64,000 nucleotides of DNA, from the NCBI GenBank assembly GCA_039588295.1, contig JBDHAB010000014.1, positions 8,312 through 72,311 of the forward strand. The letters are read 5' to 3'. Position numbers and translations under genes: made by a program. This document shows positions 55,651 to 64,000 of this stretch, piece after piece; position 1 is the first letter of the stretch; every line of letters begins with the position of its first letter. The notes beneath the pieces were generated by a model, which did no database searches, was not told the DNA's origin, and worked only from the letters and a program-made list of their open reading frames with translations. The DNA is from Gemmatimonadota bacterium. Its GTDB lineage: Bacteria; Gemmatimonadota; Gemmatimonadetes; Gemmatimonadales; GWC2-71-9.

Positions 55651-56332
55651 ATGGAAACGATCCTAGTAGAGATTCGCGCTGCGGAAGGGGGCCAAGACGC
55701 CAAGTCTTTGGTCACCGAGCAGTATCGCATCTACCAGAAGTACATGACGTTGGAGCGGCTTTGACCACGAACTGGTCGAGGTGCGCCCCGGCTTTTTGCT
55801 GATGCGCGTCTCCGGCAAGAACGCCGCGATTGCGTTCTGCCACGAAGCCGGCGGCCACCGTTTCCAACGCGTACCGCCAAACGAAAAAAGAGGCCGCGTC
55901 CACACCAGCACGGTGACGGTCGCAGTACTGGATGAGCCTTCCGAGCACGAGGTCCACATCGACCCGCGTGACCTGGAGGAATCGTTCACCCGCGGGAGTG
56001 GAAAAGGGGGCCAGCATCGGAACAAGACCGATAGCTGCGTCATCCTGACCCACACGCCCTCGGGCATCATGGTTCGGGTCGACGGTGGCCGGAGCCAACA
56101 CTTCAACCGACAGACGGCGATGGGGGTTCTCCGGGCTCGTCTGAAAGCTGCCGGTACCGACCGTCGCACCAAGGACCGGAACAACAACCGGCGCCGTCAG
56201 ATTGGCGGAGGTGCTCGCGGTGACAAAGTACGGACGATCGCCATCCAGCGTGACACCGTGCACGACCACGGCACCGGCAAAACGATGAAAGCCAAGGCGT
56301 ATCTCAGGGGCAACCTGAGTCTGCTCTGGTAA
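55651..56332 (+). CDS. Short class-I peptide chain release factor with programmed +1 frameshift (about 226 aa)
   Basis: [17 protein letters not shown]...L, then CTT TGA C at 55759-55765; +1 frame has [39 protein letters not shown]. Confidence 0.88.
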
Positions 56333-56825
56333 CGGGGAGCGCACCCAGCTTCCGGAGAATGGCAGGCACGAACTCGTCGTCATCGAATTGCAAGCAGTGG
56401 TCGCCCGTCGTCAGTATGTGCGCGATCGTCTTCCGACCCTCCGGCGTTTTCATCAAACGCCGGAGGGGTCCCTCGACATGCCAGTCACGGCTGTAGTGTC
56501 CGGGTGAACACCTCCAACCTTCCTTCACATGAACGAGCAGAACACTCTGGCGCTCCGTACCATCAGGTCGTGACCACCCGAAGGTTTCTTTGACACGCAT
56601 GTCGAAGGAAACCCATTCGCCTCCAAGGATAGTCATGGCTTGGAACATGTCGTGAACGTTCCCCCATCGCACCCCCGTGTCGATGTAATCCCTGAGTTTG
56701 GCCCACAGGCCCCGACGATAGCCGCCCATGCGGTGCGGATAGTCCCACAGCAGTGCGTACTCTCGGTACGCGTCGAAGCGGTTGTTCACCGGAGCCGTCA
56801 AAAAGGACGCCTCACCCTCGGACAA
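56304..56825 (-). CDS. Hypothetical protein
   Basis: 173-aa ORF; start uncertain. Confidence 0.55.
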   Translation of the reverse strand: MSEGEASFLTAPVNNRFDAYREYALLWDYPHRMGGYRRGLWAKLRDYIDTGVRWGNVHDMFQAMTILGGEWVSFDMRVKETFGWSRPDGTERQSVLLVHVKEGWRCSPGHYSRDWHVEGPLRRLMKTPEGRKTIAHILTTGDHCLQFDDDEFVPAILRKLGALPVTRADSGCP

Positions 56826-56849
56826 ATCTCGAGAACAGTATCGGGTGTT

Positions 56850-57500
56850 TCATTCAGATTCAGCATTGTCCTCGTCCTTTTCGATGAGCTCTGCCTCCAC
56901 CGGAATCCCAACCACATCAATGATCTCGACCAGCTCCTTCGGGATCTGGACCACGCGACCCTTGCTCTCCACGGACTCCAGGGCCTTGCGCTCCTTGGCC
57001 GCTTCCGCGAGTTCGAAGATCTTCTGGGCGAGCGTCCCCATATCGATCTGCGTGACCGTCCCGACCTGCTCCTTGAGCGCCTTGTTCTCCTGTTCGAGCT
57101 GAGTGATGCGAGCTTCCATCGCTGCAGCCAGCGCGTACTGCTGTTTCTCGACCCGGTGAACCTGCTCGTTCGTGTGTTCGAGTGCTTCTGCGGTCAAGGT
57201 CTTTCCGTCCCCTGGACAAGACAGCTCAATGTTGGAGTCGATCCGTATCCCCGCTGCGTCCTCGTAGCGATACAAGCTGTCGGGCGTCCCAACCGTTGCG
57301 TTTGGGTTACCACGACGGAGCTCGATTACGCCACAGTGGATGCACGCCGGCTTGGAACCCATGCCGTAGTGCGTCGAAGGCATGTTGAAATGGTCGACAG
57401 TCCCCCATTGGTGCTCGACGAACTCGATATGCTCTCCGTCCTCAAACAGGAGCCTGATCGGAGGCACCTCTCCGGGGAGAGCTTTGAGCTCATGGGCCAC
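56850..57500 (-). CDS. Hypothetical protein with coiled coil
   Basis: CxxC followed by a heptad-rich region. Confidence 0.65.
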   Translation of the reverse strand: MAHELKALPGEVPPIRLLFEDGEHIEFVEHQWGTVDHFNMPSTHYGMGSKPACIHCGVIELRRGNPNATVGTPDSLYRYEDAAGIRIDSNIELSCPGDGKTLTAEALEHTNEQVHRVEKQQYALAAAMEARITQLEQENKALKEQVGTVTQIDMGTLAQKIFELAEAAKERKALESVESKGRVVQIPKELVEIIDVVGIPVEAELIEKDEDNAESE

Positions 57501-57704
57501 TTTTCATGATACCGGCCCACCAGGCTTTCCACCTTCGAACCATCAGGTCCCACCAGGGCACCCGTTGAAGCAATAGTTCGTTGCGCCCACGAGAACGGAC
57601 CTCGTTCCATCCCTTGGACTCCCCGTGATCGACGTAGATCAGGTCCCCCGGGTCAAAAGCTTTCCCGTCCGAGACGGGGTACCAGAATCTCTTTTTGCGC
57701 GGTT

Positions 57705-58316
57705 TCACCCCAACGCTCTGCGTAGAACGGCCGATGCCTCTTTCCACGCATCGGGGTTGGTTCCATCCGTGCGGACCCCGAAAATGTCGGGTGCCGTCTG
57801 CTTGATCTCGAACCCGGTGCCATGGCCTACAGCGAGCTCGGCCCTGGGATCCGTGGTGTAGAAAGGGAGCCAGCCTACGGGTTGGTGGTGAGAAGCCACT
57901 TTGCGGAACGCATCGAGTGACCCCCACGGCAGCGTGTAGCTGTCGTCCTGCATCACGTAGTCCTTACCGTCCTCGGGGTCTCGTAGAAGGAGCCCGCTAC
58001 CGCGGATCTTCTTGCCGTCCTCACGAAGATTGCTGAAAATCTGACCGAAATCCCGTTTGTCGAGGTCATGACCCGAACAGCTCGGTCCCGTCGGGATGCC
58101 CTTCTGATGAAGCCACCCCACGAGCGGGCGAACGGCTGGGTCGAGCGTCTTCGTGAAATTAGGGTCGGTAGGGAGCTTCCGGAGATCCTCACCCTCGTCG
58201 GTGGGAACTCGGTAGTACCAGGGCTCGTCGCCGGTCTCGTGGGGCACGAGCCACGCGAACTTGTCCCACGCCTCGTGGTCGATGAACTCCGGGGTGGCGA
58301 TGACGCTACGCATCAC
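57705..58316 (-). CDS. Hypothetical protein
   Basis: LDPAVRPLV.WL...GIPT..SCSGH motif. Confidence 0.65.
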   Translation of the reverse strand: MMRSVIATPEFIDHEAWDKFAWLVPHETGDEPWYYRVPTDEGEDLRKLPTDPNFTKTLDPAVRPLVGWLHQKGIPTGPSCSGHDLDKRDFGQIFSNLREDGKKIRGSGLLLRDPEDGKDYVMQDDSYTLPWGSLDAFRKVASHHQPVGWLPFYTTDPRAELAVGHGTGFEIKQTAPDIFGVRTDGTNPDAWKEASAVLRRALG

Positions 58317-58343
58317 CAGGGGCCGGCGATAGACGAGCTACCG

Positions 58344-59153
58344 CTAGTCGCCCAGCAGATCGAGGATGCCGCCTGTGGGCTTCGGGGCCTCTTCGACCAA
58401 TTTGCCGTCCCGAACCCAGTGAGCTTTTCGTTCGTGAAAATAGTCGAGCGCGGTTTGCTGGACATCGAAACCCAGGAAGTTGCGGTCGAGGTTGAATGAG
58501 GCTTCGCCACAGGATCCGCTGCCAGCGAACGGATCGACCACGAGATCACCTTCGAAGCTCGACTGACGGACCAAGGTCTCGATAAGATCGACCGGCTTCT
58601 CGGTCGGGTACGCACCTTTGCGCTTGATCCACGGAACTTGGAGGACATTCCGGACGCTCTTGTCTTCAGGGGGCTTCCGCTTCCCCTTCTGCGCCAGCAG
58701 GATCATCTCCCACTGAGATCGGAACGGGTAACCCATCCCCGGGGTCCCGGGCGTGTGACGCTCGCAGATGAACGTGCCGCACTTGGGACACTCGACGCGT
58801 TCGAGCTTGCCGACCTTGTGCCAAATGAGGCTCTTGCGCATGTCGAACCCGATGTCGCGCAGCATTGGCTTGAGGTTGTCGCCCGTCTCCTCGTCGCACA
58901 TCACGTACAGATGCGTGTGGAATTTGAGGACCCGGTAGCACTCCGCGAAGATCACCTTGAGCTGGTCGAACGTGAGCGTCGGGAACCACTTGTTGCTCGA
59001 CTGCTTGGAGTCCTTGAGCCGCGTTGTCGTTCCCATCTCACGCCACTTCTCCAGCGTGTCGTAGGGAGGATCCGTCACCACGAGATCAACGGATTTGTCC
59101 GGGAGTTCCCGCAGCCCGTCGAGCGCGGGCATCAGCTTGATCTCGTGAGACAT
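58344..59153 (-). CDS. DNA amino-methyltransferase (N6A/N4C, beta order) with Zn-ribbon insert
   Basis: VDLVVTDPPY, YPTEKP, VVDPFAGSGS; CPKC insert. Confidence 0.92.
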   Translation of the reverse strand: MSHEIKLMPALDGLRELPDKSVDLVVTDPPYDTLEKWREMGTTTRLKDSKQSSNKWFPTLTFDQLKVIFAECYRVLKFHTHLYVMCDEETGDNLKPMLRDIGFDMRKSLIWHKVGKLERVECPKCGTFICERHTPGTPGMGYPFRSQWEMILLAQKGKRKPPEDKSVRNVLQVPWIKRKGAYPTEKPVDLIETLVRQSSFEGDLVVDPFAGSGSCGEASFNLDRNFLGFDVQQTALDYFHERKAHWVRDGKLVEEAPKPTGGILDLLGD

Positions 59154-59157
59154 CCAT

Positions 59158-59412
59158 TCACTCCGGCTCTAAGCGATAGGTCCGATTCCAGATCCCAAGC
59201 ATCCGTTCCTCATGTAGCAGAGCCGTCATCACTTCGTGGCCTGGTGGGACATCCACCTCGATCGTGCCTTCTTCAAAAACAACTTCGAGCAAATCGTCAT
59301 GGCGCCCGAGGGAAGCCCACGCATGGATACCATCTTCTCGCTCATAAACGGTCGCCCTATACGTGCGAATACGCCAAGGCCATCGCCAAGTTGTCTCAAG
59401 CAGGCTCGACAT
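59158..59412 (-). CDS. Hypothetical protein
   Basis: Part of a coupled run. Confidence 0.5.
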   Translation of the reverse strand: MSSLLETTWRWPWRIRTYRATVYEREDGIHAWASLGRHDDLLEVVFEEGTIEVDVPPGHEVMTALLHEERMLGIWNRTYRLEPE

Positions 59413-59812
59413 CGTTGAGGTCCTTCAAGGTCTGCTCAACGTCACCGAGGTTGTTCTTCACAAAATGCTCTCGAAGAGGTCGTTCAACGCCTTTGCCATC
59501 TCCGAAAGGGAACACGTAGAGGAACGTCTCCCACCAGGGGAGTTCTTGACGGTTGAACGTGTGGAGCTCCAAGCCCTTCTCTTTCGCTACCTCGTCTGCC
59601 GTCTGCACCCACGCTTTGGCCCACGCCCGCGTCATCATCTCCTGGGCTCCAGGGATACGGTCCCGGTGCCCGGCCATGTAGTCGAACCCCCGCAAAAGGT
59701 GGGCCCAAAACCCTTTTGGGATTTGGGGTTCCGGGTGGTCTTCCATCCAATGCATCGCCCGTGAACGGGCCACGGAGAGCATGATCTTCAACCGGTGCCG
59801 TTCCTCGTCCAC
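59396..59812 (-). CDS. Hypothetical protein
   Basis: Part of a coupled run. Confidence 0.6.
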   Translation of the reverse strand: MDEERHRLKIMLSVARSRAMHWMEDHPEPQIPKGFWAHLLRGFDYMAGHRDRIPGAQEMMTRAWAKAWVQTADEVAKEKGLELHTFNRQELPWWETFLYVFPFGDGKGVERPLREHFVKNNLGDVEQTLKDLNDVEPA

Positions 59813-60070
59813 CTACCGGATAGTCCCTTCCAGAGTCCCCGTCCGGAACTTCGCGCGCAGCTCTTTCTCGTCAACCTCGATGTCGATCTCGCGCCACTGA
59901 TGGAGGTCAGAACCCCAAGATTTCTTGGCTTTCTCGCACTCCTCCTCGAACCCTTCACGGTTCTCGTCCACACAGTACTCGTCCCAGGCGACCATCAGTT
60001 CGATGGAGAGCTGGTCCAAGGAATGGCTCGGTTGACGGCTTCCGAATAGACAGTGGATCTTCATGTTCAA
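59813..60070 (-). CDS. Hypothetical protein
   Basis: Part of a coupled run. Confidence 0.6.
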   Translation of the reverse strand: MNMKIHCLFGSRQPSHSLDQLSIELMVAWDEYCVDENREGFEEECEKAKKSWGSDLHQWREIDIEVDEKELRAKFRTGTLEGTIR

Positions 60071-60073
60071 ATC

Positions 60074-60307
60074 CTATTCCAACAGGGTCGCTGGCCTCAC
60101 CTTGAGCGCGTGCGCAACCCGGCTGAGAAAATCCGTGGAGGGACTCGAAGCCGTGTTGAACACATTGAACAGTTGGCTTCTGGATACGCGCGCCTGTTTG
60201 GCTAGCTCATCCACCGTGATACTGCGCTGGTAAAGCTCACGTTGGATGTTCTGCGACACTCGGGACCGGGTGCGCTTTTCGATACGGCTGAGTGACCGTT
60301 CTGTCAT
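60074..60307 (-). CDS. XRE-family HTH protein
   Basis: ITVDELAKQARVSRSQLFNV...SPS...LSRVAHALKV. Confidence 0.8.
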   Translation of the reverse strand: MTERSLSRIEKRTRSRVSQNIQRELYQRSITVDELAKQARVSRSQLFNVFNTASSPSTDFLSRVAHALKVRPATLLE

Positions 60308-60697
60308 CTATTTGTCGTCCTTTTCTTCGAGGTACTCGTCTACGAGAATCTCCAGTCTATCGCACTGGTCAATCGTGAACTTGCCGATGTGGGCGTCGTC
60401 CTCCGAGAGCTCCATGACCTCCTGCATCCACACGTAGGCGTCCCCGCGGTCCATGTGCTTGCCCTTCCAGAGCTGGTCGAACGAGTCATGGGCACGGATC
60501 CTGGCCTTCTTGGTGGGACCGTCAGCCGGCGTGCCCAACGGATTCCCATCCTTGTGGGCGCCATGGGTCGCCTTGCACTTCGGGAACTCGGAGCATCCGT
60601 AGAACAGACCGTACTTGCTGTTGCGCAGGACCATTGCGCTGCCGCACTCCGGGCACGGATGCTTGAGCACGGTCCCGATGGGCAACGGATCATTCAT
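60308..60697 (-). CDS. Zn-ribbon protein (topoisomerase C4-type finger plus DUF3268-like part)
   Basis: CPECGSAMVLRNSKYGLFYGCSEFPKC; GTPA...R..AH..FD.LW...AY.W...HIG.F. Confidence 0.75.
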   Translation of the reverse strand: MNDPLPIGTVLKHPCPECGSAMVLRNSKYGLFYGCSEFPKCKATHGAHKDGNPLGTPADGPTKKARIRAHDSFDQLWKGKHMDRGDAYVWMQEVMELSEDDAHIGKFTIDQCDRLEILVDEYLEEKDDK

Positions 60698-61322
60698 CCG
60701 ACTCGTCCTTGACGGCACTCAGGTTGGCTTTCTCTTTCCCGACCCAGTTGCCTTCGTTGTCGTGCACGATCTCGCACCACGGGCATTCGTGGCGCCCATC
60801 GTGCCAGGACCCGATGTTCTGTTTCGGCGTTGGTTTGCGGCAGCCAGGGCAGAACACCTTGGGCCGCGTGTCGTAGGCTTCCTGGGCGATGGCGACGAAC
60901 TTCTCGAACCGCTTCGCCATGAGGCTGCGGTACTCGTTACGTTCCTCGTTGAACGTGAGGCTGCTGATCCAACTCTTGACTCCGTTCCAATCCCCCTCGA
61001 TCAGATTCTCGATCAGCGCCTCCGACAACCCCGTAGCCGAAATGTCGGCACTCACCAAGCGCTCCTGCTCGGCGCACAGCTCGATGAGACACTTCATCCG
61101 GCGTTTTTTCTCCTCCCGAGTCTGGTTCCCATACCACCGCTCGTACCGAAGGATGTCCATGGTCTTGGCCCACTCGGTAAACCCGAGGCCGCTGCCCATG
61201 AAGTTGGCGCCGTAGACATCGAGGAAAGTGCCGTGCAGGAGATTCTTGAGCTCTTTGCGATCCGGCATGCCGCCGTCTTTGACCTCCAGCTCGGGGGTGC
61301 GTTTTTCGTCGTCGTCGCTCAT
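60690..61322 (-). CDS. Hypothetical protein with C-terminal Zn ribbon
   Basis: CPGC...CPWC; AAGGAG SD. Confidence 0.65.
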   Translation of the reverse strand: MSDDDEKRTPELEVKDGGMPDRKELKNLLHGTFLDVYGANFMGSGLGFTEWAKTMDILRYERWYGNQTREEKKRRMKCLIELCAEQERLVSADISATGLSEALIENLIEGDWNGVKSWISSLTFNEERNEYRSLMAKRFEKFVAIAQEAYDTRPKVFCPGCRKPTPKQNIGSWHDGRHECPWCEIVHDNEGNWVGKEKANLSAVKDESDE

Positions 61323-61570
61323 GTGGTCTCCTTCGGTTTGTGTCGCTTCACGACGAGGTAGTACATGCCTTTCCATCCTCCGACGAACAGGACCATGCAC
61401 GGGATCATCATCCACTTCGGAGCCGACTCCCAAGCCTCCGCATTGTATAGGTCTACTCCCAGGTACTTCGCGAGAAACGTCGAGGCGAGGTATGGCACCA
61501 AGAGTGCCCCCATACCCGCCACGAACGCGGTATCCCGCGCTTTGTAGAGCTGTTCTTCAACCGACTTCAC
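61319..61570 (-). CDS. Small membrane protein
   Basis: Two TM segments; GTGA overlap. Confidence 0.55.
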   Translation of the reverse strand: MKSVEEQLYKARDTAFVAGMGALLVPYLASTFLAKYLGVDLYNAEAWESAPKWMMIPCMVLFVGGWKGMYYLVVKRHKPKETT

Positions 61571-62001
61571 TGGGTGACCGCCTCTCGCAGAGGGCACTCC
61601 TGGAAGTCCTCCTTGAACTTCTCGCTGCTCATCGAACCGGTAACCGCGTCATCGTCCCATCCATTCCCTTTGGCCAATCCAGCTCCACAGAGGCTGTCCA
61701 GATGGGGATCAAACCATGCACACTCGGGACACCGGATACACGGGAACGGTCGCTCGCCACCGAGCACCTGCATGATGTTCTGGCGCTCGGCGCTCTGCTC
61801 GGGAGTCTCCTGCGTAGAGTGGGAGGTCACCCGGCACCCATGTGCTTCCATCTCGACCACGAGAGCAGCGGCTTCCTTCTTGGTGCAGATCGAGCGAAGC
61901 AAAACCTCGTTGCCTCCGTCGTGCACCATGGCCGGATTGCCCTTCACCTGGAGCTTGAAAGACTCGCCGCCGGACACACGGAAAACCCAGAGCTGCTTCA
62001 T
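61567..62001 (-). CDS. Hypothetical protein
   Basis: ATGA overlap; Cys cluster. Confidence 0.55.
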   Translation of the reverse strand: MKQLWVFRVSGGESFKLQVKGNPAMVHDGGNEVLLRSICTKKEAAALVVEMEAHGCRVTSHSTQETPEQSAERQNIMQVLGGERPFPCIRCPECAWFDPHLDSLCGAGLAKGNGWDDDAVTGSMSSEKFKEDFQECPLREAVTQ

Positions 62002-62372
62002 GAGTTGATCCTCAACTCCCCGGCCCGCTCGCCCAATGTGATCGTGGCATCGGCCTTTTGTCGCCAACTATGGAGGGCAATTTCGTCCCGTGGGGTCAAG
62101 TGCCCATCGTAACCGAGGAACATGACCTGGAAACCCTCCCCGGTGACGAGGTGAGAGCCGCTCGTGACGGTCAGGCGCCCTCCCTCGGGCAGCAGAAGGG
62201 TTCGGCCGCCCACCTCGGCATCAGGCGGCCTGATGGCTGTGAGGGCCTTCTGGAGCGCTACAGGGAGTCCTCCAACGTCCGCTACGGCCACAACAACCCA
62301 CTCACCCGTCTCACGGATGTGGTCCAAAAGCGCGGAGAGCGCGAACGTATAGCTGGACGGTGTTTGGCCCAT
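61998..62372 (-). CDS. Hypothetical protein
   Basis: 124-aa ORF. Confidence 0.55.
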   Translation of the reverse strand: MGQTPSSYTFALSALLDHIRETGEWVVVAVADVGGLPVALQKALTAIRPPDAEVGGRTLLLPEGGRLTVTSGSHLVTGEGFQVMFLGYDGHLTPRDEIALHSWRQKADATITLGERAGELRINS

Positions 62373-62411
62373 CTACTCTGTATACCCAGTCCGGACCTGG
62401 GGCCCGGAGTT

Positions 62412-63491
62412 TCACGAATACAGAGTCGCGCGCCAACCGACTCTGCGGTCAGCGACGGCATTGATGGGCGTCACTACGAGCTCGTATTTCGCATCGCGAA
62501 CATCTTGGACTCGGAGTTCCCGGAGCAGTTTGTGGGTGAGTGATCGCGCGGCGGTGTCGATGAAGTTGAAGTTGGGGTTGCGTTCGTTCTGGCCACCGTC
62601 GATCTGCATCCCCCACTCGACCTCGGCAACAGGGTCACCGGCGTTGCGCTCCACGACGGCCAGTCCCTTGACCGACGGCACCAAAGCCTCCCACACCAAG
62701 CGAGCAATCACGGGCACCGCGGAACGACGACCCTGTGTACTGGTGAGTGCTTGATGCGCGAGCTCCTGGCGTTCCTTGAATGGCATCAAAGCCAGGTCGG
62801 TCCCGGTGGGGGCCACGACCTCGCGGATCTGCGCTTTCTGTCCGGGCGCGTACCCAGGGACGGCGACAGCCTTCTCGGTTTCTGCACGCACGATGGCCGA
62901 GATGGCGCCCCCAGTTTCGCCCGCAGCATTGAGCATGTTGGCAACCTTCGCGTCTTGGAGTGCTTGGGCTTCCCGGATTTCCTTGGTGACCTCATCGCTG
63001 GCGGTACGCAGCATGGCGCCAAGTGCCACCGGATTTCGAGCCACGCTTTTGACGGGGACCGCTGCTTTACCGCCTTCGGGGAGTCGGCCGGTGCGGAGCT
63101 CCGGGATATCGCCGTCGAACTGGATCAGTTCCACGATCATCCCCATCAGGAGCGGGTGCAGCATCTTGTAGCCGGGACGCTCCTCGAAAGGCTGGAAAAC
63201 GAGGTCCTCCGCGTCGAACCCCCAACGATCGAGCATATTCTGACGCTCAGGAAAATGGGCCAGATCGGTGGACCCTGGATCGATCTTGAAGGCATCGAAC
63301 AAAGCCTTCTCCACGTCGTCCTGGAAATCTCGGTTCTCTGCTGCGGCTCTCCAGATCTCCTTGACCACTTCCTTCGGGTCCATCGCACCGGCCCGAGCGG
63401 TCTCGATCCAATCGACAAGCCCCGGATGCTTGCTCAGGAACTCCTGGCCAAACCGTAAAACCGCATCGAGGAAAGCCTTCTCGTCACTCAT
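62412..63491 (-). CDS. Hypothetical protein
   Basis: GGAGG SD; start MSDEKAF. Confidence 0.7.
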   Translation of the reverse strand: MSDEKAFLDAVLRFGQEFLSKHPGLVDWIETARAGAMDPKEVVKEIWRAAAENRDFQDDVEKALFDAFKIDPGSTDLAHFPERQNMLDRWGFDAEDLVFQPFEERPGYKMLHPLLMGMIVELIQFDGDIPELRTGRLPEGGKAAVPVKSVARNPVALGAMLRTASDEVTKEIREAQALQDAKVANMLNAAGETGGAISAIVRAETEKAVAVPGYAPGQKAQIREVVAPTGTDLALMPFKERQELAHQALTSTQGRRSAVPVIARLVWEALVPSVKGLAVVERNAGDPVAEVEWGMQIDGGQNERNPNFNFIDTAARSLTHKLLRELRVQDVRDAKYELVVTPINAVADRRVGWRATLYS

Positions 63492-63945
63492 GGTGGCCTC
63501 CGATCTGTTTGAAGTACCGGGCCACGCCGCCACTGTCGTTCGGGTATTCCCGACTTTGATGGTCGTCGGCCAACCACGTTGTGCCTTTCACTTTGGCCTC
63601 AGCGCTTCGATCAGAACGAACACCGGTAACACTGGACTCGATGCCATCGAGCTGGACAACGGGGCAATCTCCCATGCACGTCTCTCGGCAATCGGGGCTG
63701 TGTTGCAACATGATGTTCGCAGGCCAGCGGCCTTCGACCTTAAATTCCATCTCGCGGCCACGCCCGTCGGTGAGTCCCGCCCGCCCGTCGGTGTAGCGCA
63801 TCTGGCTTACACCGCTTCCCTTGTAAGTGCGAGACTCGGCACCCACGCGGCACGCGTCGATGTTGACCACCCCACACCCCCACTCGACGACATTCGCTGT
63901 GGTGCTCCCAGGAATCGGCTTGCGCGTCACGGTCACGACCCTCAT
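63484..63945 (-). CDS. Stand-alone segment resembling the variable region of phage DNA methyltransferases
   Basis: RKP...NV.EWG.G.VNIDACRV...GRWPAN...SGG.ARYF; no DPPY or FxG motif. Confidence 0.55.
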   Translation of the reverse strand: MRVVTVTRKPIPGSTTANVVEWGCGVVNIDACRVGAESRTYKGSGVSQMRYTDGRAGLTDGRGREMEFKVEGRWPANIMLQHSPDCRETCMGDCPVVQLDGIESSVTGVRSDRSAEAKVKGTTWLADDHQSREYPNDSGGVARYFKQIGGHHE

Positions 63946-64000
63946 GTCTTTTTCTTCCCGCTTTTGACCGTCACGGTCGCCCCGGGCTCGACGATCTTGT

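Noticed and set aside
1..64000. Stop-codon reassignment suggested by the release factor and a possible CUA tRNA
   Set aside because: Very long ORFs are open in the standard code, and TAG, TGA and TAA all end genes at tight junctions.

Overview
High-GC, gene-dense segment of a large, probably jumbo-type, bacteriophage genome. Most genes are on the minus strand, many overlap at ATGA/TGATG junctions, and there are no cellular housekeeping operons. The host is unknown. 1-15.6 kb: two giant Gly/Thr-rich tail-fibre-like proteins, one of them (>2100 aa, running off the left edge) missing from the ORF track. 15.7-39 kb: small accessory genes, including a double cold-shock protein, histone H1-like protein, holin-like protein, site-2 protease, RNase H, M23 peptidase, CoaB-aldolase fusion, Bax inhibitor-1, RNA ligase, GH25 endolysin, macrodomain and RNase Z. 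39-56 kb is a translation/RNA-conflict island with four notable parts. (1) About 18 tRNA genes, many as canonical/variant pairs. (2) Short leader ORFs whose codons match the tRNAs immediately downstream (His, Asp, Ile, Thr/Val, Lys, Met). (3) Six related tRNA-mimic RNAs that share a long stem and a YACAAGC motif grafted at different points of the cloverleaf, two of them circularly permuted. They flank an operon for a Ro60/TROVE-like vWA protein and a ubiquitin-like conjugation set (E2-like, JAB, Ubl ending in GG, E1). (4) A short class-I release factor decoded through a prfB-type CTT-TGA-C +1 frameshift. A thaumatin-like lipoprotein and a DNA methyltransferase are also present. All calls come from reading motifs and base-pairing by eye; no searches or folding programs were run.
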